NCBI RefSeq assembly: GCF_947568905.1
Contig: NC_079170.1
Location: 36,208,001 to 36,272,000 of the forward strand
Length of the DNA stretch: 64,000 bases
Origin: Ostrea edulis
Lineage: Eukaryota
Direction of reading: 5' to 3'
The notes under the pieces are model-generated. The model did no database searches. It saw nothing but the letters and a program-made list of their open reading frames with translations, and was not told the origin of the DNA. Shown here piece after piece: positions 44,511-59,608 of this stretch; the first letter of the stretch is position 1; the number at the start of each line of letters is the position of its first letter. A program made the position numbers and the translations under genes.

Positions 44511-45440
44511 TTGGCCTGCGTTAAGATCCAGATTAAAAAATGGACGTGGTTGAATTCAAATAGGAACAAAGCATTATTTTTCAGCACAAAATCAATGCAT
44601 GTCTGTTGAAATTTTTGCAAAGACTGCTACTTAAAATAATCATAATAACATTTTGAAGAGGTTAGTATAATTATAATACTTTCATCGACCTATTGTGAGT
44701 CTATCAATCGAGGACGAAGTCTGGGGTTACTGTACAAATGTACGCTCCTCCGATCAATAAAACATCAAAATGCTATAATTGTTTTATCATGATTCACTAA
44801 ACACTTTCAAGCACAAGATTGTAACAGTAAAAAGCTTGTGAATTGTGTTTGTCACATCATTCTGTTACAAAACGCTTATAAAATAGTTAATGCCTTGCTT
44901 CATCCTTGATATATTAAATAGAATATATATTAACCCAATCCTACTAACACTAAATTCCTTTACCTTTGGAGTTTATAAATGTTTTGTATCTTTAGTAGAG
45001 CAAGGTTTAATGGCGTCTGTATAACATAATTATGTGACAACAATTGACTAATTACAGGCTTTAAATGATACAGTATAACAAATGCAAATGATAACATATA
45101 GACTTTAGTTCAGAGCAGCAGAAAATAGATTACCTGTTGATTGTAATTTACGTCTCCGGTAGCCAAGTGTCTGATTCGATTCTTTTACTCTCATCTTCGC
45201 TAGTCAAGTGTTTGATTCTCCTACTATCGTCTTCACAAGCGAAGTGTCACCATATGAGAGTAAGAGAATGGAACACTAGGCTAGTGAAGATGATTGTGAT
45301 ATTAAATAACAATGTTACCCTATCATCAGAATAGTATTGCCATACAGCAAATCACAATAAACATGACCTTGACCCATATAGCATTTTAATATTCCTTAAT
45401 TTCAAAGAACACCTAAAATGGTTAGGTACGTGAAGTGTAT

Positions 45441-46410
45441 AATAATAATAATATGTTTATTCATCAATCAAGGGCCCTCGGGGGCAGGTACGGTTTAACA
45501 AGCAATTAATTATAACAACATCAATAAATAACAATCATTCAGAAGTACTAGTACTGTCAGAGTTCACATTTCTGCACTGCACACATCTATAATTATATAT
45601 GAAATACTTATTGCAGACAAGATTTAAATTAACAAAATGAAATATACAATAACAAATAACCAAACTGCTTCACACATCTAAGGACAGTGCCAGTTTCAGA
45701 GACAGTGGATAATGATAATGTTAAGTGAATACATATAAAATTGTAATCAATATCAGTACAAGAGTTTAGTACCAGGGTAAATACAGTATGCAGGTACAAT
45801 ACACATGTAAATGCAGGATCCAATTGTTCTGAATGTTTTATGCCTAAAGCAGGAAGGTTAGAATAGAATAATTATATAAATGAAAACAATTATACAATAT
45901 GAATAAAACAAAAAAAAAGTTAAACGAAAGCATGAATTGTTGACTTGATTACAGGGGGCACAAATAACAGTGCTTGTTAACAGTCTGGTAATAAATTATT
46001 TACCAGATTGTTGGTCTTGTAATCCCAATAACCAAGACAGCTTACAAGTGTAAAACATGAAGAAGAAAAAAAGAAAATGTGTACAATGCAATGAAATGCA
46101 ATACTTGTAGTATTATATTCCTCTGTTAGTATTATATTTCACTGTTCAAAATCATCTTACTAATTTGGATGAGGATATTTTCATCTTCATTGGTCATTAG
46201 CCAGATAAGCCTTTGATCACTGTCCATCTTTACAAATTTCTTACATGATTTGTCTATCATTATGAATAAAATAACCCTTTTTTCTGATAAATGACTACAT
46301 GAGAATAAAAAAATGTTTTTCATCATCCACTGAATTGTTGTTGCATCTAAGGCATATATATAATCTCTCATGCCGAGAAATTCTTTGGTAATGTTCCCTT
46401 TCAATGTATA
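45441..46410 (-). mobile_element. 3' end of a CR1/L2-superfamily-type LINE
   Basis: 46410-46132 reads IEREHYQRISRHERLYICLRCNNNSVDDEKHF/LFSCSHLSEKR..DQRLIWLMTNEDENILIQISKMI, a C-terminal CCHC region. An AATAAAC + (ATT)n tail lies at ~45460-45441; linking the tail to the ORF is inferred. Confidence 0.7.
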
Positions 46411-46634
46411 TGTATCAATTTCATCATCTTATTGTAAAATACCGATTCCAAACATTTAAAAAAAATTATTTAACACTATTAATATAAATATATATAAATG
46501 TTATTCCACATGACAAGTGATGTAACCTCACAGCTACATATATTACTACGAAAATGGCACAGTTCGAATTTTTTTTAGTTTGATTCATATTCTAATTCAA
46601 ATAAAGCACAGAATCGCTATTAGTAATTGATTTC

Positions 46635-47512
46635 TTAAGTATGCGTTTTATCAGCATCGTTTCGTTTGCAAACAGCTGTCAACTGTTGAAATGAAAAATA
46701 GATGACCTTTTTGATATCTGGAAACAAAATGAGAGCAGCGAGAAGGGAAATAAGACCTGCTCCGAGTGCTGTTCCAATAGCACGTGACGAGAAGCGGTCA
46801 TCTTCTGCGCAGGTTTTAGTGCGTATGTATTGTGACGTAGAATTAACAGGAACAGTCAGATTGGACTTCATAGAACTTATTCTTCTTTGTATTTCCTCGG
46901 TCTCATTGATGGACAAGAACTCATTACTGGGAGATGAAGAACTTTCTTTGTTGCAGATCTCTGAATTGAAATGACACAGAAAGATAAAAAATAATACCAA
47001 AAAAAAAAACTCTGGAAGGCTGCAGATACGAGATGATTACTTATGTAATAAATGATGGAGGACCTACCTCTTTCTACGAGTATCGCCATAAAATCCGCCG
47101 TCACTAAATATAGAGATAGTAATACATGGCTTACAAAATAATGTTTCCAGATTTACATGTAGGACAAAATTGTAGATGACGAAAATTGTTGATACTATAT
47201 TAAGATGGGAGTAACAACATTCAAATAAATGGTATTGTTAATGTTCAAATGGCAACATTCAGTATCAAGCCTTACTTTAAACTAAATTCCCTTTAAAAAA
47301 GATTTGTTAGAAGTCGAGCATAATACTCACATCCTGGCATCAACGAGTAGGAGAGCGTGTTCACAAAGTAAACTTTTGTTGATGTTTCCCAATCCATGGG
47401 GCAGGGCCCGGGTCCGTCAACCATAAGTGTCCATCCCAGGTCACCAGAGCATCCATAGTACCCCTCATTGATGTAGAAGTGACGATTTATTGAAGGCGCG
47501 CTGACGGTGTCA
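46635..47512 (-). CDS. 3' exons of an uncharacterised single-pass membrane protein (exons 47512-47331, 47103-47068, 46960-46635); 5' exons not found
   Basis: Phase-consistent splicing gives ..DTVSAPSINRHFYINEGYYGCSGDLGWTLMVDGPGPCPMDWE..LMPG|LTADFMAILVER|EICNKESS..SQYIRTKTCAEDDRFSSRAIGTALGAGLISLLAALILFPDIKK..HT*. Donors GTGAGT and GTAGGT; one TM helix. Confidence 0.78.
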
Positions 47513-50289
47513 CTAGTATCATAAATACATGTATGTAACTGAACGTGTGACATTGAAAACTAAGAATTTGTATCTGACTCAAACAGGAATTCTAAAAGGA
47601 TTTCTTTCTATGCAAGATTTTCATATCATATGTTTTGCGATCTTAAAGATATGTTGTTCAATGCAAATAAATTGTGTTCGTGATATTTAAGCATCCCTTT
47701 GATATTTTCCAACACACGCATTAATTACTTACAGCATGCAGGCTAAATACAGAGAAAAGTAAATACCACGACATTTTCAGATTATTTTTTTTACTTGTAT
47801 TTGTCAATGTTATGTTATAAAAATGCGAGTATGGAGTTACCTTAAGGATGCAAGACTGTGAATACGCTCAGGACTTAATGAGAAAAGTGCTGCGAATGCA
47901 CATATACTCCAAAGTTGCGTATACTGAAATCTGCAGAATCATAGATACATTCGAGGAGTCAACAACAAATGACCGTAAGTAGCAATTTTTCTACTCTTTC
48001 ACGATTTCTCATTTTTAATCAGACTTTTAGAAAATCGTGTCCGATAATCATCATTTATATTTTGTGCGTACATTTTAAATTTCTTAATCTATTGATTATG
48101 ACAAATCAATTTTATACAATGCTTTTACAATATACATGTAGTCATAACCATTAACTTGTGTTAAAAACATTCATATTCCTCAAGATTTAAATTATTGCTC
48201 GTCGAAGTTGGCGCGTTCACACAACGTTCTGAAGAGTGCTCTTGCGAGTGGCATGGCTGATGAAATAGATAGACTATTCAAATGTGAAACAATACAATAA
48301 CACTAATGAACGAGTTTTTAAAATATATACAAATTCATTTATTCCTACACACATATTTCCAAACATCTCCTTTGCAAAGTTGCTTTAAATTCATAAATTG
48401 ACCTACATTAAGAAAAGTTCACCTATATATGTAACACAGCTCTGAATCTAGTGTTAGGAAATATTCTAATTGCATCAATACTGCTGATACAGCTCTTCTG
48501 CTTCCAAATCTTCCGAAGATTATGCCAACACGTGATCTTAACAGTGCTATATCGTACACCTTTTAATTCTTAATTCTTTAAATACTTTAAATTGACTGCA
48601 ATGAATCCTTCGACGTTACTGTATATATTGATAGAGGAAACAACTATTATAATTCAAGAAAAAAATTATAATGTGAATTATTCAATACGATTGGTGATAT
48701 AATTGATATGTGACTTGATAGTCTAATTGTCTGAAAAACCTTACATTACATTAACATTGTTCTACTGGGTTGAAATTTTGATGCTTTGTTTTACGATAAT
48801 GAAAGGTGAAGATAACGAACAGTGATCAATCTCATAACTCCTATAAGCATTACAAAATCGAGAGTTGGGTACACACGAACCCCTGGATAAACCAGAGGTG
48901 GGATCAGGTGCCTAGGAGGAGTTAGCATCCCCTGTCGAGCGGTTACACCCGCCGTAAGCCCTATGTTTTGGTAATAAATTTCGATACAGCAATAATGATA
49001 GCAGAAAATGATATTATGGGAATATTTTCAAAACAATACTCTCATTTACCATGGAAAATAGTTTTTATACTTTAACTTATTTGGGAAAAAAATCGTGAAT
49101 ATCTTTGATAATTAATATTTTAAAACAATTATCCTTAAAAGAATGAATACAGACATACAGCTACAAATCTTCAGGGTAACTTTAGTGGTTAGCATTTTTG
49201 TTTCGGGCTTGGAAGGCCGCGAGTTTAAGCCCCGTCGTCACCGCGTCAACCCTAAAACGGTGCAATATATAGTGACTGTTTCTCGCCAAAAACTGGGCAC
49301 TAAAAATTGAGAGTCTCGAGTCTTTTCTTGTGACCTTTAAAACAGTGGTATCTTTCCGGTTCAGGCGTTGATATGTTATAGAACGTTTAGTACTATGGCA
49401 CTGAGCGCCAAGCGTGTGTTTGAAATTTTGGTTATCAGCCTCTAATGACGTCTTAATATGTGCTAAAAATATCCTCGAAGGGACATAAAGCAAAGAGTAA
49501 ACACATTTACTAATTCTATGATAGTAAGAAGACTTGATATACCTTTTTCGTATCAAAGAAAGAATATGGTGCATACCAATTAAAGAACATTCACTTGTGG
49601 CTACTCATTTTTAACTATATTGATTACTTTTCATAGTGATTAAACGGTAATGCAATAAAACTAAAGACTGCTTTGGAAAAAAATGTGCTTAGGTTTGAAT
49701 TTCGAATGCAGATTACAATTTGTGAAAACATCTACTATCTGCCCCAAAGCACATCTTGTGGAATTACTCGTACATGATACAGGGAATGCTTACTCCTCCT
49801 AGGCACCTGATCCCACCCCTGATATACCCAGGGGCCCGTGTTTGCATTTACTTTTAGTTACGTAATTCTTTATAGGATTCCTGAGATTAAACACAGGTCG
49901 TTACTTTCACTTTTTCTATGACCATTGTTCGGTATATTTACTTTTACATTGTTCACTGCTCGCTATCTTCACTTTTTCCCATATATTAGAGTTCTCTTTC
50001 AATATTCAATGGCATAAAATATAACCGTTTTTATTTGGAGAATATGCGAATCCCTAAATTCACCATATCTGCTTTTAGAGGACGTATGCACAGTTTAAGA
50101 CAATATTGCACGCGCAATAAAATTGTCATGAATGAAAATTGCATGCAGTATGGTGCTTTTCTGTATTCATGCAGCATAGCAAATTTTCTCGGGTAACCTT
50201 AACTAGCTTTTAAAAGTAAAAGGCAATGTTGAATGATGTAAAAAGATAAGTGTTTTATAAACATTTCATACTTATCAATATAATTTCAG

Positions 50290-52799
50290 ATGTATCTCTT
50301 CAACGGAATTGCTGTTCTCTTCTTTCACGTTTTTCTAACAGATGGACCATTTGCTTTTGTCTGCAATGATTTGGAATTGATATGCGAAACGTCTTTAGAA
50401 ATATACACTTCGATGACGATGTTTCATAAAACAGAAAAAGCAGTCTTTCCAAGAGATGGTCACTTGTACCGCTATGACGTCATTAACACAAGCTCTGCTA
50501 CACCGGTAAATAGTGATGAAGTAATTACAGCAGACGGCTGGGAAATGCAAAGAGTCGTCATCGTCGCTAACGGCACTCTACCAGGACCGACAATTACTGT
50601 GTACGAGGATCAAACCTTAATAGTTCATGTCAAGAATAATTTATATTCCGACACGGTGACCATTCATTGGCACGGTCTTCCACAGAGAGACACACCCTAC
50701 ATGGACGGGGTAGGCTTTGTGACACAGTGTCCTATTCATCCAGGACAAACTTTTACATACACTTTCAAAGCTAGACCGAGCGGTACACACTGGTATCATT
50801 CCCATGTTGGAGCACAGAGAGCAAAGGGCTTGTACGGTGCACTGATTATTAAAGAGCGCCATCCACCACACACTGTGCATGGAGTGGCTGAAGAATTTGT
50901 GATGCAGATTCAGGACTGGAATCATGACTATGATGTAGACCAAGCTTTTCTTTATTCTGATGTCGGTGTCTTCCTGAATAGAACACAATTCCAGCCCTCG
51001 GTGGCGCTGGATGGTTCTAAATTCAGTCTTTGGTACGCCGAGTCAGCTCTAATAAATGGAAAAGGGAGGTATTACCATCCAATTACTCGAGTACATAATG
51101 AGGCCCCTCTCGACGTGTTTAACGTTGATGGAAACAAACGCTATAGATTTCGCGTTATAAACGCTGCAGCAATGTATCCATATAGAATCTCCATAGACAG
51201 TCATCCTTTGACAGTTATTGCCACTGATGGCTATTACATAAAACCAGTAGTTGTAGAATCAGTGATTATACATCCAGGAGAGAGGTTCGACTTTGTCATT
51301 CATGCTAACGAATCCATCGGAAACTACATGATTAGAGGACATACATTAGAGGTCAACAGACGCACTATTGCCGATGCAATTTTACGTTATAATGGAGCAG
51401 ATCAGGCTTATAAAAACATATCGTCAACTGAAGCGCAATGTCTTACATCGAACAAGTGCTTGGTGTTAAATTGCCCATTTTCCTTTTATCCGAAAGAGCA
51501 GAATATTCAGTGTATAACAATAGATAATATCAAAAGCTATGCTTCTGATGGCGTGCCAGAAGTTAAACCAGAAGCCTTTCATGAACACTTCCTTAACTTT
51601 GCTTTTCCAGGACCAGATTTATTCCCCGACACAGTTAATGGTATAGGGTTTAAGTTTCCGACTGTATCAGCAATATCTCAGCCTAACGAAGTTACAGAAC
51701 AATGCTCAAATGCTGACTGTGGGGAGGAAAATATATGCATTTGTACCCACAGTATCGACTTGAACCACAAAGACACCATTCAATTTGTGTTTTTGAACAT
51801 GGGAAAAGGAAAAAGTTGGTCTCATCCAATTCATATGCATGGTCATTCTTTCCAGGTTCTGAAAATGGGATATGGTAACTACAACATTTCATCTGGAGAA
51901 TTCGTTTCACAAAATTTAGACATAGACTGTGGTGGGGGAACCACCCAAGATCAGAGTTTTTGCAATAACGCCACGTGGAGTGACCAATCATGGAGAAATG
52001 GAAACATACCTGGTCTTAATTTGGTGGATCCTCCACACAAAGACACGGTTATCGTCCCTAGCGGTGGCTACGTGGTGGTGAGAATCAAGGCCGATAATCC
52101 AGGATTGTGGATGATACATTGTCACGTTCAGCTTCATTCGGTGGACGGAATGAGTTTACTTCTGAACGAATCTTTTCCTCACTTACCGGCTGTCCCTGAA
52201 GGTTTCTCTATTTGTAGAAACTTTGGAAATTATGGTAATGTAAAATTCTCTTGATCTTTTAAATGGAAGTTTTTATACAATAATCCTCATCATTAGAATG
52301 GGAATGCTAATTTAAATCGTTTGCAATATTAGGTAACCCGAATTCTTGGTTCAAATGTGCTATGGGATGAACAATGATTTCTGCTTGTTCATGCAACTTC
52401 AACTGACCACCTTTCTGCCTTTGTCATTATGTCAACTGTATGCAAAGAACCCATGAACAAAGTTTTTGCACAGACGGAGAAAATGATAATTGTCACATAC
52501 ATAATAACAAAAGAACAAAAGGTGGTCAGTTGAAGTTGTTTGAATAATATCAATCCCATAGCTACTATTACTGATACCACTAATACTTTTACTTCTCTAA
52601 CTACTAGTGATGATAAAAATAACGAATGTGATTTCATGAAGGTGTCTTTTATTTGATTGTAGGACCCCGGATTCCACCAGTATTGGACGCTGACAAAGAC
52701 TCCAAAAATAGCATGGCCTCCCTCTCAGTTTCACTTTGTTTCTGTGTTTTACTTTCATTAGTAACTTACTTCTATCTAGAAATTCAGATATACTTGTAA
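50290..52799 (+). CDS. Laccase-type multicopper oxidase, paralogue B copy 2 (exons 50290-52234 and 52663-52799)
   Basis: Main-exon protein appears identical to 21279-23223; same splice sites and tail exon. Confidence 0.92.
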
Positions 52800-55700
52800 C
52801 TAAAACTCCAACAAAATAGTGTTTATATCATGAATGGATGAATGTTGTTAATTTGTATCGGTTACTTTTTTAGTTTGTGGAAATCCTTTCTTCCATATAT
52901 TTCGTCCTGTGTTATCCATTATCAGTCTACGGTGTAAAAAAACCAAACAAAAACATATATAGGTCCTTATATCTTTAAACCGTTTTTTTTCCTTATTGTC
53001 GGACACAACAAAGGTGCAAATTGGAGACAAGGTATCTTTAAAGATTCTCAGTTTCAAGTTAACATCAAAGTGTATAAATGTGGAGTCACGGACTGTATTT
53101 CAGTGATTTCATTTACACTACTGGTAATTTTGAAAACAAAAATTATGCCATGCTTATGTTTATTTAATGATGGACGCAATATTAGGATATACCCCCTACA
53201 ACCACAGACTTATTATATCTCATACTATATTAGATATCTGAACACCTATTTAAGTTTACCTGTTGGTGTCTTTTTCTTGTTTCATTTCTGTATACTATAC
53301 AAGGTGTGCCCCCTGGTAAAACGGTTTGATAATGAAATTGTATCATCCCTACTACGTCTTCCAATGTCAAATACGTAGACACCCATCTAAAGATATAGAA
53401 CAGAGACGAGAGAGCCAGGCAAGTTAAAACAGAAAGTTCGTTGCATGGAGTATTTCGTTTCATTAATTCATTTAAATCCGAGTGCGGGTAATGACCTTTC
53501 TGGTGAGATTTTGACGGTTCGCTCACGGTAGGAGGCGATAACGATTAGTTAATTACATTACTGAATTCATAGATCTGGTGTCTTGCAACAAAGTGCAAAC
53601 AAGGACGTTGGTATGTCCAGGGGCCCGTGTTTGTCTAACTCTGAATTTTCTATTCCTTACAGGAGTTACGAGATTGCTCAATGTTCGTTATATTCACCTT
53701 TTGTTTATTAGCTTGATTTTTTTTACACATACATGATCATGCGGTGTAAAATGTTTTGAGAAAAAAATATATGTTGTTACATGTACGTAATATCGCTATG
53801 TAAATACATGTCGGACCATCTTTTCATTCATTGGGTTGCACTTTTACAAGCAAATCAATTGATCATTTGTTTATATTTTGAAGTTCATGTTGTTCGATTA
53901 CAAACATTCTGATGAATTTCGAGATGATAAGGTTGTCCTTATCAAACAATTCGTCATCGTTAATCATCCATTTGAGTTTGAATAGAATCAGCAGTATAAA
54001 GTATGCATAAGTTTTGAAAGAGTAAACGAGAAGTTGAAGCTTAAATCTACAAATCAATCAGTTTATTTTTCACGAAGTCTGCAATGAATTAATTCAAAAG
54101 AGGTGCGGTTACACCAATCGGATAAAATGCACAATGATGTGTGTTTACTTCTTTGTGTGCCTGTGTCTGCATTAAAACAAATCTAATTTTGTGAGAATAA
54201 CCAACAATTGCTATCTGATTTTAAAGCAATATAATTTGGTAGTAGTAATATACGAAGCAAACAAATCTATAGAAAAGACGTTTTAAACTCACTGTTAAAT
54301 TGATTAATGTATGCCTTAAACAAACAGATTTGGGAAATATTTGATGCAACCAAAACACTAGAAATTTGTAATTAGATCTTATGTAAAAGTACTTTTTTAC
54401 AAAAGAGCTTGAAAACCCAGAATGATCCGTTTAAAAAATACAGCTGGTATTTCGTGGATTGTCGAATGTCATTTTGTACTCATGCTTAGTTCTGGAAATT
54501 ATCTGTAGCATACCGTATATCAAGAGATTTGTGCAAAATTTATTCCAAATAAATAACGAAATCGATCAAACGTAAAAACAGAAACGCAAGGGATTTTTGC
54601 ATGTATGTTATTGAATTTGGGAAATATCTCAAAATGAGTTATGTCCTTTGCGATATACATGTAACTATGTCCATAATTTTATGTGATTATATCAAGCTTT
54701 CATGAAAAATTTGAAAAATCGAACACAAAAAGTAATCAATCTTATAATCCTATAAAGAATACAACATTTGATATGGAATGTGGCGAACACGAACTCCTGG
54801 AAACACCAGAGGTGAGACTAGGGATTTAGGAGGAGTCAGTATTCCCCAATAACTGGTTGGACCCTATATCTTGATCATGTTTTCATTTCAGAAATATTTC
54901 GCATTATGGTAATCCCATACACTAACTTTCCCCTAAGACAAAATATTCTTGTTGGCAAATTTTAGAATAGGAAACACTTATAAAGAAGATCTTGTGAGAT
55001 TTTGTTAGAATTCTGATGTTTATTGTTAGAAGGTTTAAGTTTATTTCCCCTGTAGGTGATTTGTTTTCCATCCGGATTTCTTAGAATTTTTTTTAATTCT
55101 CATAGGAATTTATTAAATGTTTATTTTCTAATACCTTAATTTTTTTTTAAAGATTTTTTCTAATGGTGTATTTCAAAGTCACCTGCGTAAAAGATAATTT
55201 TTGAAATGTGTACATGATACTCTATTTGCGGACATCATTGAATCTTTAAAAAGTAAAAGAATGGTACGCGAATGTGGTGACACTTGGAAATTAACATATT
55301 TATCCACAGAACATATTAATAGTATATAATTGTCTGAATATGTAAGACTATTCATCGAAATTCAGTACACAATGCTGAATCTTGTGTAACCTGTGAATTG
55401 TTTTTTTTTTATTTTTATACAGTAGCGCCGAGTTGAAATAATTCAAAAAAGCATAGGTACTGATAAGATTTGCTCGAGAGCTGACTCGACACTTTGTGAA
55501 GTACACGTGCACTTTTATTGAAGATCGGGGGTCTCTTCGCTAGGATTTAATTCGTTCAATTACATGTAGATAGTTGTTAGTCGCTACAAGTTATTGATAT
55601 GTGTTCAACATGCGCTAAACTTTTCTACTGCAATGATGTCCACGACTAAACATATTCTGTGTCCTACTGACCGAGACTTCTTCCATTGTTTTTATTTCAA

Positions 55701-56083
55701 ATGTTTGCTGCAACATAACTGCTCACTGTGATACTTGAATTATTACAGGAAAAGATGTATAAGAGAGCATCCGGTACATGAAATAAAATAGAAATGGAAA
55801 TAGATACTTTGACATTTTATACATGCACTATTCCAACAGTGTGTGTAACATGAAGCGGAGAAATATGAAATCACAATATAGTGCCCCATTCATTAGCAAC
55901 ATGACATTATTTCTCTATAATTCCAATGTTATTTATTACAATTGTTTTGATTGGACAAAGATAAATCTAAACGAGAATTTACACATCGATAAATCCAAAA
56001 ACGCAACAACATAGTGCGGGGAAAGTATTCAAATTATTGAAGTTGATAATGCAGGGAACGAATTGGAATTATAAGAATCAAAC

Positions 56084-56222
56084 ATTCTTTTTGAAGAATT
56101 TATCGATGTGTAAACTCTGGACATTTTACTCACAAACTTAACATAAAAGTGCTTCGCACTTTTATTCAGTTTGTGAGTAAAATGTCCAGAGTTTACACAT
56201 CGATAAATTCTTCAAAAAGAAT
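56084..56222. repeat. 139-bp palindrome, duplicate
   Basis: Same sequence as 27066-27204. Confidence 0.93.
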
Positions 56223-57420
56223 ATTTAATCCTATAATATAAAACAAGTCACTAAATTTAATCCCAAAAATCATCATGGATATACAGCAGTTGAGTATTTG
56301 TTGAGTGGTTGACATCACACGGTTAATTGTTATGACAGAGTTACGTCTGCTGCTCGTCTTGTGATCGTGAGTTGAACTAAGTGAAAATAAACGGTCATCC
56401 AGCGACACCAAATTATGTGAATCAGACATTTATTTTTAAGATCTTAGCAAACAATTCTTGCACGGGTTCTACATCTAGGTACACGTGTACCTACACCCTG
56501 ACAGACACCCATGTGCACTCAGTATTTACTATATTCGGATAGACTCTTATAGAATCCAGTGAGTGTATTTACACCCGGATTTGTATCACATTTACGTATG
56601 CTGATCAGTACCAGCAGTATTGTGAACTTATCTTGTTTGTTATGTTTATAAAAAGAAATGCTTCATTATCTGCCTTTCATAATGGCAAGAACAACCCACA
56701 ACTCATTACAATTCACGGTGTTTAACAGAACGCGAAATAAATTACAGATATCAGTGATAAACACTTACGAAACATTTAATTCATTTATCATGACAAACAT
56801 TTTCACTTATTTTCCATCAACTAGATACCTGTCTTATCTACAAGGTCAGTGAATTTTTTTTAAACGATTAGAACTCAGTACACTTGCACTTACGTTGAAA
56901 ATGAAACATATGTCTTACTTTCTTTTCTATTACATGAGTGGATGTGCTAAATGCGTGGATCCGTATTGTTATTGCAATGTTATAATTCATTGTAAGATTG
57001 AAAATAATAGTGATATACAAAACATTATTATTCTATTTCTGAAGTATTGTGTCTATACTGCAAGATGCACTAAGAAACCTTTAAACTTGCCCGCAGCAAT
57101 ATCACAAATGAAATTATTTTATGAAACACACAAATATATAGCATATAAGAATGGTGAAAAGAAAAATTTTTATACTCAATGGAACAGATGGAACTTAATA
57201 TTTACTTAAAACATGCCTCTCTCTTTTTCTTTCTTTCTCACTATCTCTCTCCATGAACATAATGATAATTACATATGACTTGGTGTATTCATGTACTTTC
57301 TTATGTGTACAAAAACCAACAATAATAATAATAAAAAAAAATTTAAAAAAGATTGAAATAAGTTCTATGTGTGAGTAGAATAATGGAATAATGTAAAACT
57401 TATACGGTACCAATTTTGAT

Positions 57421-57464
57421 GCACCAGATGCGCATTTCAACAAATAATGTCTCTTCAGTGATGC
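57421..57464 (-). ncRNA. Minimal type I hammerhead ribozyme, duplicate of 28403-28446
   Basis: Same motif on the minus strand. Confidence 0.72.
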
Positions 57465-58912
57465 TCAACCGAAATGTTTGAAATCCGAAATAACTATGAA
57501 GTTTTAGATCTAAATATAACCAAAAACAGCGTGCCAAACAAGTGGAGCCAAATTCGTCCAAGGATAAGAGCTATGCATGAGGGAGATAATCCTTAATTTT
57601 GAAATGAATTTCTAAATTTTATAAGAGCAATTAAATATACATCCGTATTTTCAAGCTAGTAACGAAGTACTTAGCTACTGGGCTGTAGAGACCCTCGGGG
57701 ACTAACACCACTGCCTGTCCATCACATAAGTTAATTATTTTACTCCCTCATTTACAATGACTTCTTGAAGGTATAGTAATACGTTGTGTAGGATATAACC
57801 AGTGACGTTGAACACATGTTTATTTGCTTTCTCATAATATTTCCAATGGAAGAACGAAGCGATTACAAACTGCTTTTATCAATGTACCTCATCTACAAAA
57901 CATTCCCGTGGGGATCCGGGTTAGAATAGGTCCTCAGTACACCTTGCTTATCGTAAGAGGCGACTAAATGGGGCGGTCCTTCGGATGAGACCGCAAAAAA
58001 CCAAGGCCCCGTGTCACAGCAGGTGTGACACGATAAAGATCCTTCTCTGCTCAAAGGTCATAAGCGGCGAGCATAGGCCTAAAGTTTACAGTCCTTCACC
58101 GGCAATAGTGATGTCTCCATATGAGTGAACTATTCTCAAGAGAGACGTAAAACAGTCTACAAAACGTTTGTTGCTGTCTGTATAAGTAACCATACAATCA
58201 CATCGGAGAAAGAAAATGTTTATTCTCTTTTTCGGATACCTCGGCAGCTTTAAGCGAAATGCCACGAATTTTAACATCATGCTAATCTTCCTTCTATTGT
58301 TGAATAATTGGCGAAGAAACTTACTCTACTTATTGTAAAGTATAAGTAAAAACGCGAACAGAAACCGTGAAAATATTTGTATTACTGCATTTACATTCAC
58401 TCTAAATTTTACAAAATGTGAAACACCGAAATAAAAACAATCACCTGATCAACACTTGCGCGTTTCTGTACTTTTATGATCAACATGTGAAACACCGAAA
58501 TCTTTTTTCACGTACACGGCTTAAGTGTGAACCCGATGTTCTAAATATTTGGAGTTTCCCTGTACTGTAAAAAATCTGCTGTTTGATCGACTTTCCACGC
58601 TTAGTAACCTAAACATTTTATCAGTTCAAATCCACTATCAATAAATGGAATTACATAAGATATGCCAAGTGATCCTAATCCGTTCCTAAGATGTGTTACC
58701 CCGTAGTTGCAAAGTAGGATATCAATGTTAATTTAAGAAATAAAAAACTTTTAGAAATAATGTTCAAATACTATAAAATATTCAAGTTTTATCACTACCT
58801 AAAAACAAGTTATGAATTTTAACTAGTATAATACTGGATATCACAACTACAACTTGAAACTCTTCAGATAAAGAAGTGACGAAAAGTGTATACATCTTAG
58901 TAATGGCTAAAG

Positions 58913-59608
58913 ACGATGGTTCATTTCTGATACAAAACTAACTGCCTGATTTGCAGATTATATTTTAGAATGTTACAAGCGACCACAAAACAAACCCCTA
59001 GGTTAAATTGCTGATACATGGTTGCGGAAGGCGACTCGGAATGATTCACATGATTCCTCTACAGTATGCGTTAGATTTTCCTGAGTCATTGCCGCATAAT
59101 AACCGACCGCTATGTAATGATATTGCAAATAATCATAGTTTGTGCATCAACCTCTAGGCACATGAGGAATTTGAGAGTTTGGCTCACGACACAACCATAG
59201 CAGACCATTTAAGTGTCAATTAAACTTGTAACAGGATTTGTAAGAATTATTGACCTAAATTGAGAAATGATAATTCTGAATTATACAAGTCTTGTCATGT
59301 TTGTCAGATTATAGGTACATGTAAACCTAATCAGAAAATTACATTTGCCCCTCTCCAATGTATTTTAGCTTTAGAAGGACCTTTCAGATTATAGGTACAT
59401 GTAAACCTAATAAGAAAATTACATTTGCCCCTCTCCAATGTATTTTAGCTTTTGAAGGACCTTTTAGTCAAGTCTTTGTGGACCTTTTTATGACCTTTGC
59501 CGAAAATTAGGTTCGGTAACCAATATTTACTTAGTAACATATGCATGCCTTGTCGCTTCCCTCAACCTATACCTTTTATAAACATTAAGACAGAGACCAT
59601 CGTTAAAA
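58913..59608 (+). mobile_element. Gypsy integrase remnant, duplicate
   Basis: Copy of 29895-30590, including the 80-bp tandem duplication. Confidence 0.85.
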
